From assembly GCA_049325335.1 (NCBI GenBank), contig JBMOMC010000006.1:1-64000 (forward strand): a stretch of 64,000 bases of DNA, read 5' to 3'. A program made the position numbers and the translations under genes. Within the stretch, counting starts at the first letter, position 1; the number at the start of each line of letters is the position of its first letter. Shown here piece after piece: positions 9,519-18,588 of this stretch. This DNA is from Nitrospirota bacterium (GTDB taxonomy: Bacteria > Nitrospirota > Nitrospiria > 2-01-FULL-66-17). Below the pieces are notes generated by a model. That model was not told the DNA's origin, ran no database searches, and worked only from the letters and a program-made list of their open reading frames with translations.

Positions 9519-9950
9519 TTACGCACCAATGGTCAGAACCGCCAGCTCACCCTTCATCTGCGGGTGCAGGTCGCAACTGAACTTGAGCGCGCCCACGTTG
9601 TGGGGTTCGAAGATGATTGCGGCCTTCTCGCCAGGGCCCACGTACACCCCTTTGATCCCGCGGCCGTAGGTCACAACGCCGTGAGCCTCAACGCGCACGT
9701 CCACGTCGGCCAATCCCGGGGTGGTGAAGCCGTGCTCGATCTTGTCCGTGTTATGCAGGACAATCCGAATCGGCGCTTGCAGACGCAACACCCGGGACTC
9801 GACCTTGAACGCTGAATCGCGGATGGTAATCTCCACGGTCTGGATCGGCTCTTCCCCGCCCGCCGGACTCCACGCCCCCGGGAGGACGGCCCCAGCCGCC
9901 ACCGCCGCAGCCAGAATCGCCGACCCCGCCAACTTGCCGATCTTAGGCAT
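9519..9950 (-). CDS. exported cupredoxin-domain protein
   Basis: Start MPKIGK after AGGAGG; signal peptide; HGF...CDLHPQM type-1 copper ligand pattern (His, Cys, His, Met). Confidence 0.85.
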   Translation of the reverse strand: MPKIGKLAGSAILAAAVAAGAVLPGAWSPAGGEEPIQTVEITIRDSAFKVESRVLRLQAPIRIVLHNTDKIEHGFTTPGLADVDVRVEAHGVVTYGRGIKGVYVGPGEKAAIIFEPHNVGALKFSCDLHPQMKGELAVLTIGA

Positions 9951-10088
9951 CGTTTCCTCCTTATGTTGATGAATGTTGACAGGCCCGATCTGTTGGTAAC
10001 CCAATCTCTTGATACGTGGTTAAGCACACCTCTCTCGCCATTCAACTGCTCCGGCTCTGGTAGTCGAGGGTGGCGTCAGGCGCTCGCG

Positions 10089-10118
10089 ATTATAGAACAG
10101 CGCGCCGTGGGCGGACAA
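10089..10118 (-). promoter_or_regulatory. putative sigma70 promoter for the cupredoxin gene
   Basis: Minus strand TTGTCC, 18-nt spacer, TATAAT. Confidence 0.4.
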
Positions 10119-10367
10119 CACCAGGCTGTGCGACGTCAGCCGGGTCTGGTAGGCAGCAGTTACCCTTGTTTTTTGGGGGGGATGAGTGGCCCTTTGGGTG
10201 GGGGTAGCTGGCCCTTGTGCATGGCGAAAACCCTCCTTTTGGGGTATAGCAGGCCGAAAGCCGCGAGTGCTAGGCTCAACTCCGCGATTGGAACGTATAG
10301 TCGCTTTGGATTGCTTTTTGAGATGGGATTTGTTATCCGTAGCGCCTAGACACACCGGGGATCCTAT

Positions 10368-10721
10368 ATGACTCGAGTACCCCGCACCCAGGGAAGCGCG
10401 TTCGGATTGCTCGCTGCGTGGTTCGTCGTCTGTCTCCTCTGCCAGTCATATCCTGTGATGGCCGAGGCACATCATTCGGCTTCCTCCGAGGCCGACCACG
10501 CCTGCACTACCGTGGCGGAGGCCGTTCCCAGCGCTCCTTCCACTCCCAACTTGGTGGGCGAATCGACGCGGAGTACTGACCAGGTTTACGATCTGGTTCT
10601 GACGGCGTCACCACTGCTTGACGGAATGTTCGGGAGTGTAAGTGCGCGATTTCAACGCGACACATCGTCGTCCGTAAGCCACGTCAAGCTCTATCAACTC
10701 AACCGCGTTTACCGTATTTAA
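10368..10721 (+). CDS. exported His/Cys-containing leader protein (paralog of 3436-3846)
   Basis: Signal-like N-terminus with CLLC, HHSASSEADHAC, C-terminus LYQLNRVYRI. Confidence 0.7.
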   Translation: MTRVPRTQGSAFGLLAAWFVVCLLCQSYPVMAEAHHSASSEADHACTTVAEAVPSAPSTPNLVGESTRSTDQVYDLVLTASPLLDGMFGSVSARFQRDTSSSVSHVKLYQLNRVYRI

Positions 10722-10827
10722 CCCCACCGCCCCTCCGGGCTGATGTCCTGATCGTTCGTTTTCAGAACTTCTGACAACGTAGTACGCGGTGTCGGCTGAT
10801 TCCAGTTCCGGCCGCGAGGAGATCCGA

Positions 10828-10935
10828 ATGGGGCGTGCCTCATCGGTGACCGTGATCCAACTGGCTTTGGCGGCAACCGGTTTTCTGATCAACGTTTCTG
10901 GGAAATGGTCCAGTCGACGCCTAATGACGGCGTGA
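10828..10935 (+). CDS. 35-aa small ORF (possible truncated signal-peptide remnant) downstream of the second leader
   Basis: GAGGAG at 10816-10821 then ATG; MGRASSVTVIQLALAATGFLINVSGKWSSRRLMTA. Confidence 0.3.
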   Translation: MGRASSVTVIQLALAATGFLINVSGKWSSRRLMTA

Positions 10936-11044
10936 AGCGCGGCCCGTCGCGTGATTTGGTTGGAACAGGCCATTCGACCGTTGCGGTCTGAGAGCCGGAG
11001 TGAGGGATAACGGGCACCATGGCCTCGAGACAAGGAGGGACAAA

Positions 11045-11695
11045 ATGACACGAACCGCATGGAAATGGATCGGGCCTGGCCTTGTCGTGATCGTCGCACT
11101 CTTCATCGTAGTGTCCTATCTCTACGACCAGAAGGTCCATATGCAGGTTATCAGTCATATGCCGGACCCTCCGGATGTGCCTGGAGGCGGTGTGTACGCC
11201 GGAACGCTCACCGATTCCGACGTGGGCAAGGCCTATTTGCGCGTCTGGGAGGCCAACACTCGACGGCTGAACGGACCGGAGTATGACCTGGAGATTCGGT
11301 TGAACGATGCGGCGTTCTTCGAGGCCTTGGCCGCCGTCGAGGGTAAAGACGCGCGCGATACCGGCGCGCGGTACCAGGCATACAAGGATCGATATCATTT
11401 CAACCAAAGGGTCGTTTTCACCGTGGAGATGCACTCGCCCAAGGGACGCCTCTTCGACGTGAAGCCCGAGCGGCAGGCCACGCTTCGGCTGGACTCCGGG
11501 GAAGAGTACGAGCCGGAGCGCTGGTCCGACTCAAATAGGTTCAGCGAGTATCGCCGTGAAGGCGTCTTGAACTTCGCGCGACATGATGGGCACCCGATCC
11601 TCGCTTCAAGCACCAAGACGATTGAACTCGTTTGGCGTGATCCGGCCACCCACGAGGAGCGGCGTGCCGTGTGGGAGCTACAGCAAGAGCCGTAA
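11045..11695 (+). CDS. membrane-anchored periplasmic hypothetical protein
   Basis: AGGAGGG RBS then ATG 11045; N-terminal TM helix; soluble C-terminal domain ending in ..RREGVLNF..RRAVWEL. Confidence 0.75.
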   Translation: MTRTAWKWIGPGLVVIVALFIVVSYLYDQKVHMQVISHMPDPPDVPGGGVYAGTLTDSDVGKAYLRVWEANTRRLNGPEYDLEIRLNDAAFFEALAAVEGKDARDTGARYQAYKDRYHFNQRVVFTVEMHSPKGRLFDVKPERQATLRLDSGEEYEPERWSDSNRFSEYRREGVLNFARHDGHPILASSTKTIELVWRDPATHEERRAVWELQQEP

Positions 11696-11752
11696 AAGGC
11701 GGAGGGCCGATCGAATGAACGCGGAGAGGCCGGTGCACGATCCGAGAGGGCG

Positions 11753-12511
11753 GTGATGGAAGAACACGCCTGGTTACTCTGGTCCCTGGGATTCTTGGTG
11801 GTATGGGTCGGGCTATATCTGATGACGCCGGCGAGGAGGCAGATGGTCCGGACCAGTCTCTGGACCATGCCGTTGGGCCTGACGGAGCCGCTCTTCGTGC
11901 CGGAGTATTGGAACCCGCCGACCCTGTTCGATCTCGCCCAGCGCACCGGCTTTGACGTGGAGAGTCTCATCTTTACCTTCGCCATCGGGGGTATCGGCAC
12001 GGTGCTGTATGAAGCGATCGTGCCGGTTCGGCACACCGTGATGAATCATGCGGAGCGACACCATCGCCGGCACCGGTATCACTGGCTGGCCCTGATCAGC
12101 CCCGTGCTCGTCTTCGGCCTCCTGATGGCCGGAACCAGCTGGAATCCGATTTACGCGGGGAGTCTCGCAATGTTTGTCGGTGCCATCGCGTCGTTGTTGT
12201 GTCGACCGGATCTCAAGACCAAGATCTGGGTCGGAGGCGGCGTGTTTCTCCTCCTCTACTTTGCGTTCTTCCAATTGTTGGACCTGGCGTTTCCCGGCTA
12301 CGTCGAGCGGGTCTGGACCCTGTCGGCGCTCTCCGGGGTGTTGATCTGGGGCGTACCGCTGGAGGAGTACCTGTTTGCGGTGACCTTCGGGATGATGTGG
12401 TCCAGCGTGTATGAGCACGTGTCGTGGCAGAAGATCGTTCCGGTATTCGGGAAGGGACAGCATCAGAGACAACCGTGGAGTACGGATGACGTTCGCGGGG
12501 AAGTGCGGTAG
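11753..12511 (+). CDS. lycopene-cyclase-domain-like polytopic membrane protein with His-rich loop
   Basis: Two internal repeats ending GFDVESLIF / GVPLEEYLFA (the PxEE motif is typical of membrane lycopene cyclase domains); loop HAERHHRRHRYH. Confidence 0.7.
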   Translation: MMEEHAWLLWSLGFLVVWVGLYLMTPARRQMVRTSLWTMPLGLTEPLFVPEYWNPPTLFDLAQRTGFDVESLIFTFAIGGIGTVLYEAIVPVRHTVMNHAERHHRRHRYHWLALISPVLVFGLLMAGTSWNPIYAGSLAMFVGAIASLLCRPDLKTKIWVGGGVFLLLYFAFFQLLDLAFPGYVERVWTLSALSGVLIWGVPLEEYLFAVTFGMMWSSVYEHVSWQKIVPVFGKGQHQRQPWSTDDVRGEVR

Positions 12512-12564
12512 CGCGTCACGGCGGTGTCGAGGCTGCAACGCGTCTTGACACAGGGAGGGTGCGC

Positions 12565-13125
12565 ATGAACCGGCTGAACTCACGATGGTGGATAGCTTCT
12601 GGGGGGCTGATAATGCTTGCACTCACGATGACCGGGTGTCCCAAGACCCCGAAGACAGCGACGCAAGTGGCGCATCCGGCCGAGGTCACTGTTTCCTCGG
12701 CGGCTCCGCCTGTCGCCGAAGAGGTCTCCCGTCCGCCGGTTGCCGCCAAAGAGCGCGAACACAAGGCGCCCGCCGAGGTGACCCTCCCGGAGATGCTTGA
12801 GGATGTGTACTTCGACTTCGATCGCTCGGATATCACGTTGGTTGCGCGCGCCAAACTAGAGCACATGGCCGAGTGGCTACTGCAGAATCCCGGCAAGGCG
12901 GTGCGCATCGAGGGACATGCCGATGAGCGCGGAACCAACGAGTACAACTTGGCGTTAGGCGAACGGCGGGCACAGGCAGTGAAGCGAGTATTGGTCGCGC
13001 TCGACGTGGCGGAAGAGCGACTCTCAACCGTGAGCTACGGTGAAGAGCAGCCGGTGTGCCGGGCTCGCGAAGAGTCGTGCTTCCACAAGAACCGGCGGGC
13101 GCACTTTGCGGTTGAATCGCCGTGA
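12565..13125 (+). CDS. pal: peptidoglycan-associated lipoprotein (OmpA/Pal family)
   Basis: Lipobox MTGC; VYFDFD, IEGHADERGTNEYNLALGERRA, SYGEE, NRRA. Confidence 0.9.
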   Translation: MNRLNSRWWIASGGLIMLALTMTGCPKTPKTATQVAHPAEVTVSSAAPPVAEEVSRPPVAAKEREHKAPAEVTLPEMLEDVYFDFDRSDITLVARAKLEHMAEWLLQNPGKAVRIEGHADERGTNEYNLALGERRAQAVKRVLVALDVAEERLSTVSYGEEQPVCRAREESCFHKNRRAHFAVESP

Positions 13126-13177
13126 TACACGGGCGCCTATCGGGGCTCGCGACTACGAGGCGATACCAGGAGGTCTG

Positions 13178-14308
13178 ATGTCCGACAACACGATTGAGAT
13201 CGTGGGGGCCGGCCCGGCTGGGCTTGTGGCGGCGATCACGCTGCGGCGGGCCGGGTATGCCGTCACAGTCTATGAAGAACGGCGGGATGTGGGGCTGCGC
13301 TTTCACGGCGACTTCCAGGGGATCGAGAACTGGAGCCTCGATGAAGACGCGCTGGACCAGCTCAGGCGGATGGGACTCACCGTCAACTTTCGCTGTGCGC
13401 CCTTCTACCGAGGGACGATCTTTGGCCCGGATCGTCAACGGACCGAGCTCCGGTCCGACCGCCCGCTCTTCTATCTGGTTCGGCGGGGCGTGGTGAACGA
13501 CTCGCTCGACCAGGGCCTCAAAGCACAGGCGCTCGCGTTGGGCGTGGAGATCGTATTTGACCGCCGGATGGAGAAGATGGAGGAGCGCGCCATCATCGCC
13601 ACCGGCCCCAAGGGGGCCGACGCGATCGTCAAAGGAGTGACGTTCGAGACGGACCTGCCGGACCAGGCGCTGGCCATCATGGACGATCGGCTGGCCCCGG
13701 GCGGCTATGCCTATCTGCTCGTTCACCAAGGCCTGGCCACCATGGCCACGGTGCTCTTCCGGGAGTACAACCGCGAGAAGGAGTACTTCGAGCGAACGCA
13801 GGCAGCCTTTCGCGCGCTCGTGCGGTTGGATGTAAGAAATCCTCGCGAGTTTGGCGGCTACGGGAATTTTTTTCTCCGATCCACGGAGCAGCACAATCGC
13901 CGCCTCTACGCCGGAGAATCGGCCGGCTTCCAGGACATTCTCTGGGGATTTGGCATGCGGTACGCCATGCCGTCCGGCTATCTGGCGGCCCAAAGTGTCC
14001 TCCACGGAGCAGACTATGACCGGCTCTGGCGCGAAGACCTGCTGCCGCGGCTGCGAGCCGCTCTGGTGAATCGGTTGCTGGTGGATCGTCTGGGGCACAT
14101 CGCGTACCGATACCTGCTCTGGCGAGCGCGACGTGCGGAAGACGTCCGGGGATTCGCGAAACGGCTGTATGGGCCGAGTTTCTGGAAGCGGCTGCTGCTG
14201 CCGTTCGCGAGTCGCCACTACCACAGCCGCGTGAAGGACGAGCGGTGCGGGCACGCGGAGAACTGCGACTGCGTCTGGTGCCGCTGCCAGCGGGCAGAGC
14301 CCCGATGA
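13178..14308 (+). CDS. NAD(P)/FAD-dependent oxidoreductase (geranylgeranyl-reductase-like) with Cys-rich tail
   Basis: AGGAGG then ATG 13178; IVGAGPAGL Rossmann motif, IATG, GGYAY, AGESAGFQD..GFGM; tail CGHAENCDCVWCRC. Confidence 0.85.
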   Translation: MSDNTIEIVGAGPAGLVAAITLRRAGYAVTVYEERRDVGLRFHGDFQGIENWSLDEDALDQLRRMGLTVNFRCAPFYRGTIFGPDRQRTELRSDRPLFYLVRRGVVNDSLDQGLKAQALALGVEIVFDRRMEKMEERAIIATGPKGADAIVKGVTFETDLPDQALAIMDDRLAPGGYAYLLVHQGLATMATVLFREYNREKEYFERTQAAFRALVRLDVRNPREFGGYGNFFLRSTEQHNRRLYAGESAGFQDILWGFGMRYAMPSGYLAAQSVLHGADYDRLWREDLLPRLRAALVNRLLVDRLGHIAYRYLLWRARRAEDVRGFAKRLYGPSFWKRLLLPFASRHYHSRVKDERCGHAENCDCVWCRCQRAEPR

Positions 14309-14372
14309 TGGAGGCTCGATGCCGTGGGCGGAGGATCTCTATTTTGGTACGGAATGCGCGGAGGAAAAGTTC

Positions 14373-14404
14373 TTGACCTGTGTGGTGCACCCAGGTCTTA
14401 CACT
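14373..14404 (+). promoter_or_regulatory. MerR-type promoter/operator (long spacer with dyad)
   Basis: TTGACC (14373-14378), 20-nt spacer, TACACT (14399-14404); dyad GACCTGtGTG-gtg-CACcCAGGTC (14375-14397). Confidence 0.8.
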
Positions 14405-14434
14405 GGCCTCCTCGGTCAAACGCGGTGAGTGGAC

Positions 14435-14839
14435 ATGATGACCGTACGTGAACTCTCACGAAAGGCCAACGTGACGCCTGATGCGATTCGGCATTACGTT
14501 CGGATCGGGCTGTTGACCCCGGAGCGCAATCGTCGCAATCAGTATCGGCTCTTCCCGGCAGGTCAGGTCAAAATCGTGAAGTTCATCCGCCAAGCCAAGA
14601 GTCTTGGCTTTACGCTGAACGAGATTCGCGAAATCCTCGCGCATGCGAAACAGGGACGATCGCCCTGCCCAACGGTTCGCGCACTTATCGAGACACACAT
14701 TGATCGGAATCGCCGGGTCCTGGCCGAGGTGCAGGCGCTCCAGACGCGCATGGAAGGGGCGCTGGCGAAATGGAAGACCATGCCGGACGGGGTGCCGGAC
14801 GGCGACGCGATCTGCAAGCTGATCGAGTCGGTGATGTAG
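14435..14839 (+). CDS. MerR-family metal-responsive transcriptional regulator
   Basis: MerR HTH (TVRELSRKANVTPDAIRHYVRIGLL..YRLF), AKSLGFTLNEI, Cys in SPCP and DAIC. Confidence 0.92.
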   Translation: MMTVRELSRKANVTPDAIRHYVRIGLLTPERNRRNQYRLFPAGQVKIVKFIRQAKSLGFTLNEIREILAHAKQGRSPCPTVRALIETHIDRNRRVLAEVQALQTRMEGALAKWKTMPDGVPDGDAICKLIESVM

Positions 14840-14861
14840 CGTGCATTAAGGAGGTGAGTAG

Positions 14862-15179
14862 ATGAACACGAGCGGACTGGGGGGCCTCTTTTGGTTCCTG
14901 GCTTTGGGGGCCTTCTTCTACTTCATGATGCGGATGGGCGGTTGCGGTGGCGGCCACGACAGACAAGAAGAGGAGTCTGAAGAGCACGGGCGACACCGCG
15001 GGGAGCGGGCCGGGGGCCGGTCGAAGGACCCTGTGTGCGGGATGGCGGTAGAAGTCACTGCGGCCAAGACCAGCGTTTACCGCGGGCAGACCTACTACTT
15101 CTGCTCAAACGAATGTCGGGAAAAGTTCGAAGCGACTCCGACTTCATACGCGATGGCCGATAAGGGAGGATGCTGTTAG
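14862..15179 (+). CDS. membrane-anchored YHS-domain protein
   Basis: N-terminal TM with MMRMGGCGGGH; KDPVCGM..YYFCSNECREKF; ends GGCC. Confidence 0.85.
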   Translation: MNTSGLGGLFWFLALGAFFYFMMRMGGCGGGHDRQEEESEEHGRHRGERAGGRSKDPVCGMAVEVTAAKTSVYRGQTYYFCSNECREKFEATPTSYAMADKGGCC

Positions 15180-15196
15180 GCGAGGGAGGACACGTC

Positions 15197-15460
15197 ATGC
15201 GCCTTGACTGGAAGGTGTTGGGATGCGCCACGGGAAGCTTTCTGGCGGTGACCTACGTGCTGTGTATCGTGTTCGATCTGGTGACCGGACTCCGCATGTA
15301 CGAGGCATGGGTCGCGCTCCTGCCAGGCTTCACGTGGATTTCCTGGGGAAGCTTCACATTGGGGCTGGTTGAGAGCTTCGGCTACGGGATCTATTTCGGC
15401 CTCGTGTTCGCGCCGCTCTACAACCTGTTCCTCGTGAGGGTGTGGAAGTACGCGAAGTAA
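15197..15460 (+). CDS. small membrane protein (DUF5676-like)
   Basis: GGAGG RBS; YVLC..LLPGFTWISWGSF.LGLVES..YG...PLYN pattern seen in copper-cluster small membrane proteins. Confidence 0.7.
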   Translation: MRLDWKVLGCATGSFLAVTYVLCIVFDLVTGLRMYEAWVALLPGFTWISWGSFTLGLVESFGYGIYFGLVFAPLYNLFLVRVWKYAK

Positions 15461-15541
15461 GCGAACGGGCCTATTGGTCAGGAACCGACACCGGCAGGGG
15501 CCGATGGCGGTATGGACGGAATCACGACAAGGAGGAGAACA

Positions 15542-16213
15542 ATGCATCGTCGGATGACACAGGGTTTTGTCGTACTTACCATCGTGATGATCTCGGTTAC
15601 GGCCTTTGCCCAGATGGGAAAGGAAGGCAAGGGACCGTCCGGGATGATGGGGGAGGGCATGATGGGCGGCATGATGGGTGGTGGCGGTATGGGCATGGAG
15701 ATGATGGGCGCCCATGGCGCGGGGATGGGCATGGACATGGGCGGGATGGGCGGGATGATGAAGATGATGGGGGCAGCGTCCAAGCTGAACCTGACTGCCG
15801 ATCAGAACAAGAAGCTCCAACTCTTCACACTCCAACACCAGAAGGAAGCGATCCCGATTCTGGGGCAGGTCCGCATGGCCGGTGTGGAGATTCAGGAACT
15901 GCTGCTCGCCGATCCCGTGAATCTGGACAAGGTCAAAGCCAAGGTCAAGGAAAAGTACGACGCGGCCGCGAAGCTCGAGATGAGCCATCTCGCGCTGGTG
16001 CAAGAGGTCAAGAAGATGCTGACTCTGGAACAGCGGCAGAAGATGGATTCCATGATGATGCAGATGGGGCCGATGATGGGGTCCATGCCCATGATGGACT
16101 CCATGATGGGATCGTCGTCGGGTTCAACCAAGGCGGAACCCTCGCCACAGACAGCCCCTAACAAGCCGGCGGAAGGCGGAGCGACGGAGTCAAAGGACCC
16201 GCACGGGCATTGA
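15542..16213 (+). CDS. periplasmic Spy/CpxP-like Met-rich protein
   Basis: Signal peptide ending AFA-Q; Gly/Met-rich N- and C-terminal regions; LNLTADQ and LTLEQR (LTxxQ) motifs; ends DPHGH. Confidence 0.85.
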   Translation: MHRRMTQGFVVLTIVMISVTAFAQMGKEGKGPSGMMGEGMMGGMMGGGGMGMEMMGAHGAGMGMDMGGMGGMMKMMGAASKLNLTADQNKKLQLFTLQHQKEAIPILGQVRMAGVEIQELLLADPVNLDKVKAKVKEKYDAAAKLEMSHLALVQEVKKMLTLEQRQKMDSMMMQMGPMMGSMPMMDSMMGSSSGSTKAEPSPQTAPNKPAEGGATESKDPHGH

Positions 16214-16247
16214 GGTGCCGACGACACGTCGGGCAAGGGAGGAGGAC

Positions 16248-18569
16248 ATGGCCACTGACCCAGTTTGCGGCATGACGGTCGACGAGGCGTCGGCCGCGGG
16301 CACGTCTGTATTCGAGGGACGATCGTACTATTTTTGCTCTGCTCACTGCCTGCGGGCGTTTGAGGCGAACCCGAAGCCATTTGTTGCTCCGGGCCGAGGT
16401 GGTGACGCCATGCCGGAGGCTCACCCCGCGAACACGACCGCCAAATCCTCCAAGGACATGGCCAAAGATCCCATCTGCGGGATGGTGGTGGACAAGGCCA
16501 CCGCGCTCAAGACAGAGCGCGCCGGGCGCGCGTACTACTTCTGCAGCGCCGGGTGCCAGCGGACGTTCGAGTCGCCGGAACAAGAACTCAAGTCCATGCG
16601 CACACGGGTGACGATCGCGCTCACCGGGGTGCTGGCACTGGCCATCCTCCGCGCCGGCGCGTTCCTGGCGCTTGCAACCGGGGCCACCATCGTCACGTGG
16701 GCGCCCATCCCCGCGCTGCCGTGGTTCACCTGGGGCATGTGGCTGTTCCTGTTGGTCACACCGGTGCAGTTCATCGGCGGCTGGACCTTCTATAAGGGCT
16801 CGTGGTTCGCGATCCGCACCCGCTCGATCAACATGGATTTCCTGATCGCGCTCGGCACCACGGTCGCCTACATCTACAGCGTCGCCGTGCTGTTCTTCCC
16901 CGACGTGCTGCCGGTGAAGGTCGAGGAGCGCGACGTGTACTTCGAGGTCTCGGCCGTCATCATCGCCTTCGTGCTGCTCGGCAAGTACATGGAGGAACTG
17001 ATCAAGAAGCGCTCCTCGGCCGCGGTGCGCAAGCTGCTCGATCTCAAGCCGGCCACCGCGTGCGTGATCCGCGAGGGCCAGGAGATGGAAGTGCCCGCCG
17101 AGAGCGTCATGGTCGGCGATATTTGCGTCATCCGCCCGGGCCAGAAAATTCCCACCGACGGCGTCGTGTTGGAAGGTCGGTCGTCGGTGGACGAATCCAT
17201 GTTGACGGGTGAATCCATGCCGGTAGACAAGGCGGCGGGGGCACCGGTCATCGGGGGGACGTTAAATCGGGCGGGCCTGTTGCACTGCAAGGCCACGCGC
17301 GTGGGTGCGGAGACCGCGCTGGCACAAATCATCAAGATGGTGGAGGAGGCGCAAGCCAGCACCGCGCAGATCCAGCGCATCGCTGATCAAGTCACCGCCA
17401 AGTTTGTCCCCGCCGTGGTGGTGGTCGCGTTCGCGGCGTTCTTCGGGTGGTGGCTCGCCGGCAATTTTCCCCAGGGACTGCTCTCGTTCATTGCAGTGCT
17501 CATCATCTCTTGTCCGTGCGCCTTGGGTGTAGCCACGCCTGCCGCGCTCATGGTGGGCGTTGGCAAGGGCGCCGAAGCCGGGATTCTCATCCGCGGCGGG
17601 GAAGTCCTGGAACGCGCGCAGAAGCTCACCACGATCGTGTTCGACAAGACCGGAACGTTGACGCGCGGCGAACCCAACGTCACGGATATCGTGCCGTTCT
17701 CCGGCGCGACCGAGGAGCAAGCGTTACGGTTGGCCGCCGCGATCGAAACCGGCTCCGAGCACCCGCTCGGCGAGGCCATCGTCCGTGCGGCGCAGCACCG
17801 CGACATTCAATTGCCCAAGGTCACGGGTTTCGCGGCGATTCCCGGCCACGGCATCCAGGGCAACGTGGACGGCCATCACGTGCTGCTCGGGAACAGGCGG
17901 CTGTTCCAGCGCGAGAAGGTCGATGCGGCCGAGGCCGAGGCAATCATGACGCGCCTCGAACACGAAGGCAAAACCGCCATGCTGGTGGGTACGGACGGTG
18001 CGCTCGCCGGCGTGATCGCCGTGGCCGACACGTTGAAGCCCGAGGCCAAAGAGGCCGTCGCCGCGCTGCGCCGCGAGAAGGTCGATGTCATTATGCTCAC
18101 GGGCGACAACCAGCGCACGGCGCAGGCGATCGCACGCGAGCTGGGCATCGAGCGCGTGATCGCGGAGGTGCTTCCGGGTGACAAAGCCAAGGTCGTGCAG
18201 GATCTCCAAAAGCAGGGTAAGTCCGTCGCCATGGTGGGCGACGGGGTGAACGACGCGCCGGCGCTGGCCGTTGCCGACATCGGCATCGCCATCGGTTCCG
18301 GCTCCGATGTGGCCAAGGAGACCGGCGGCATCATCCTCATCAAGAACGACGTGCGCGACGTCGTGTTCGCGATCCGGCTGTCCCGCGCGACCATGCGGAA
18401 GATCAAACAAAACCTGTTTTGGGCCTTCATCTATAACACCGTAGGGATTCCGATCGCGGCGCTCGGCTTCTTGAACCCCATCATTGCCGCGGCCGCGATG
18501 GCGTTAAGTTCCCTGTCGGTGATCGTGAATTCCGCCCTTCTGAAACGGGCCCGGATGGCCGGCGCATGA
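16248..18569 (+). CDS. copA: Cu(I)-translocating P1B-1 ATPase with two N-terminal YHS domains
   Basis: Two DPxCGM..YYFCS..C domains; TGES, CPC, DKTGT, SEHP, GDGVND, YN, MALSS. Confidence 0.93.
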   Translation: MATDPVCGMTVDEASAAGTSVFEGRSYYFCSAHCLRAFEANPKPFVAPGRGGDAMPEAHPANTTAKSSKDMAKDPICGMVVDKATALKTERAGRAYYFCSAGCQRTFESPEQELKSMRTRVTIALTGVLALAILRAGAFLALATGATIVTWAPIPALPWFTWGMWLFLLVTPVQFIGGWTFYKGSWFAIRTRSINMDFLIALGTTVAYIYSVAVLFFPDVLPVKVEERDVYFEVSAVIIAFVLLGKYMEELIKKRSSAAVRKLLDLKPATACVIREGQEMEVPAESVMVGDICVIRPGQKIPTDGVVLEGRSSVDESMLTGESMPVDKAAGAPVIGGTLNRAGLLHCKATRVGAETALAQIIKMVEEAQASTAQIQRIADQVTAKFVPAVVVVAFAAFFGWWLAGNFPQGLLSFIAVLIISCPCALGVATPAALMVGVGKGAEAGILIRGGEVLERAQKLTTIVFDKTGTLTRGEPNVTDIVPFSGATEEQALRLAAAIETGSEHPLGEAIVRAAQHRDIQLPKVTGFAAIPGHGIQGNVDGHHVLLGNRRLFQREKVDAAEAEAIMTRLEHEGKTAMLVGTDGALAGVIAVADTLKPEAKEAVAALRREKVDVIMLTGDNQRTAQAIARELGIERVIAEVLPGDKAKVVQDLQKQGKSVAMVGDGVNDAPALAVADIGIAIGSGSDVAKETGGIILIKNDVRDVVFAIRLSRATMRKIKQNLFWAFIYNTVGIPIAALGFLNPIIAAAAMALSSLSVIVNSALLKRARMAGA

Positions 18570-18588
18570 AGCGCGTCGTGGAGCGACC

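Noticed and set aside
9951..10085. Possible NiCo or other riboswitch in the cupredoxin 5' leader (GAGCAG, CAACAG, GGGCC words)
   Set aside because: The conserved words are not in the order or junction architecture of the czcD riboswitch; an Infernal/Rfam search would be needed
10311..10340. sigma70 promoter for the second leader (TTGCTT-N17-TATCCG)
   Set aside because: The -10 lacks the conserved final T; too weak to call
15640..15780. ATG/GGC-rich repeats resembling a tandem repeat or array (also 51060-51300)
   Set aside because: Explained by Met/Gly-rich coding sequence; no constant repeat-spacer periodicity, so not CRISPR
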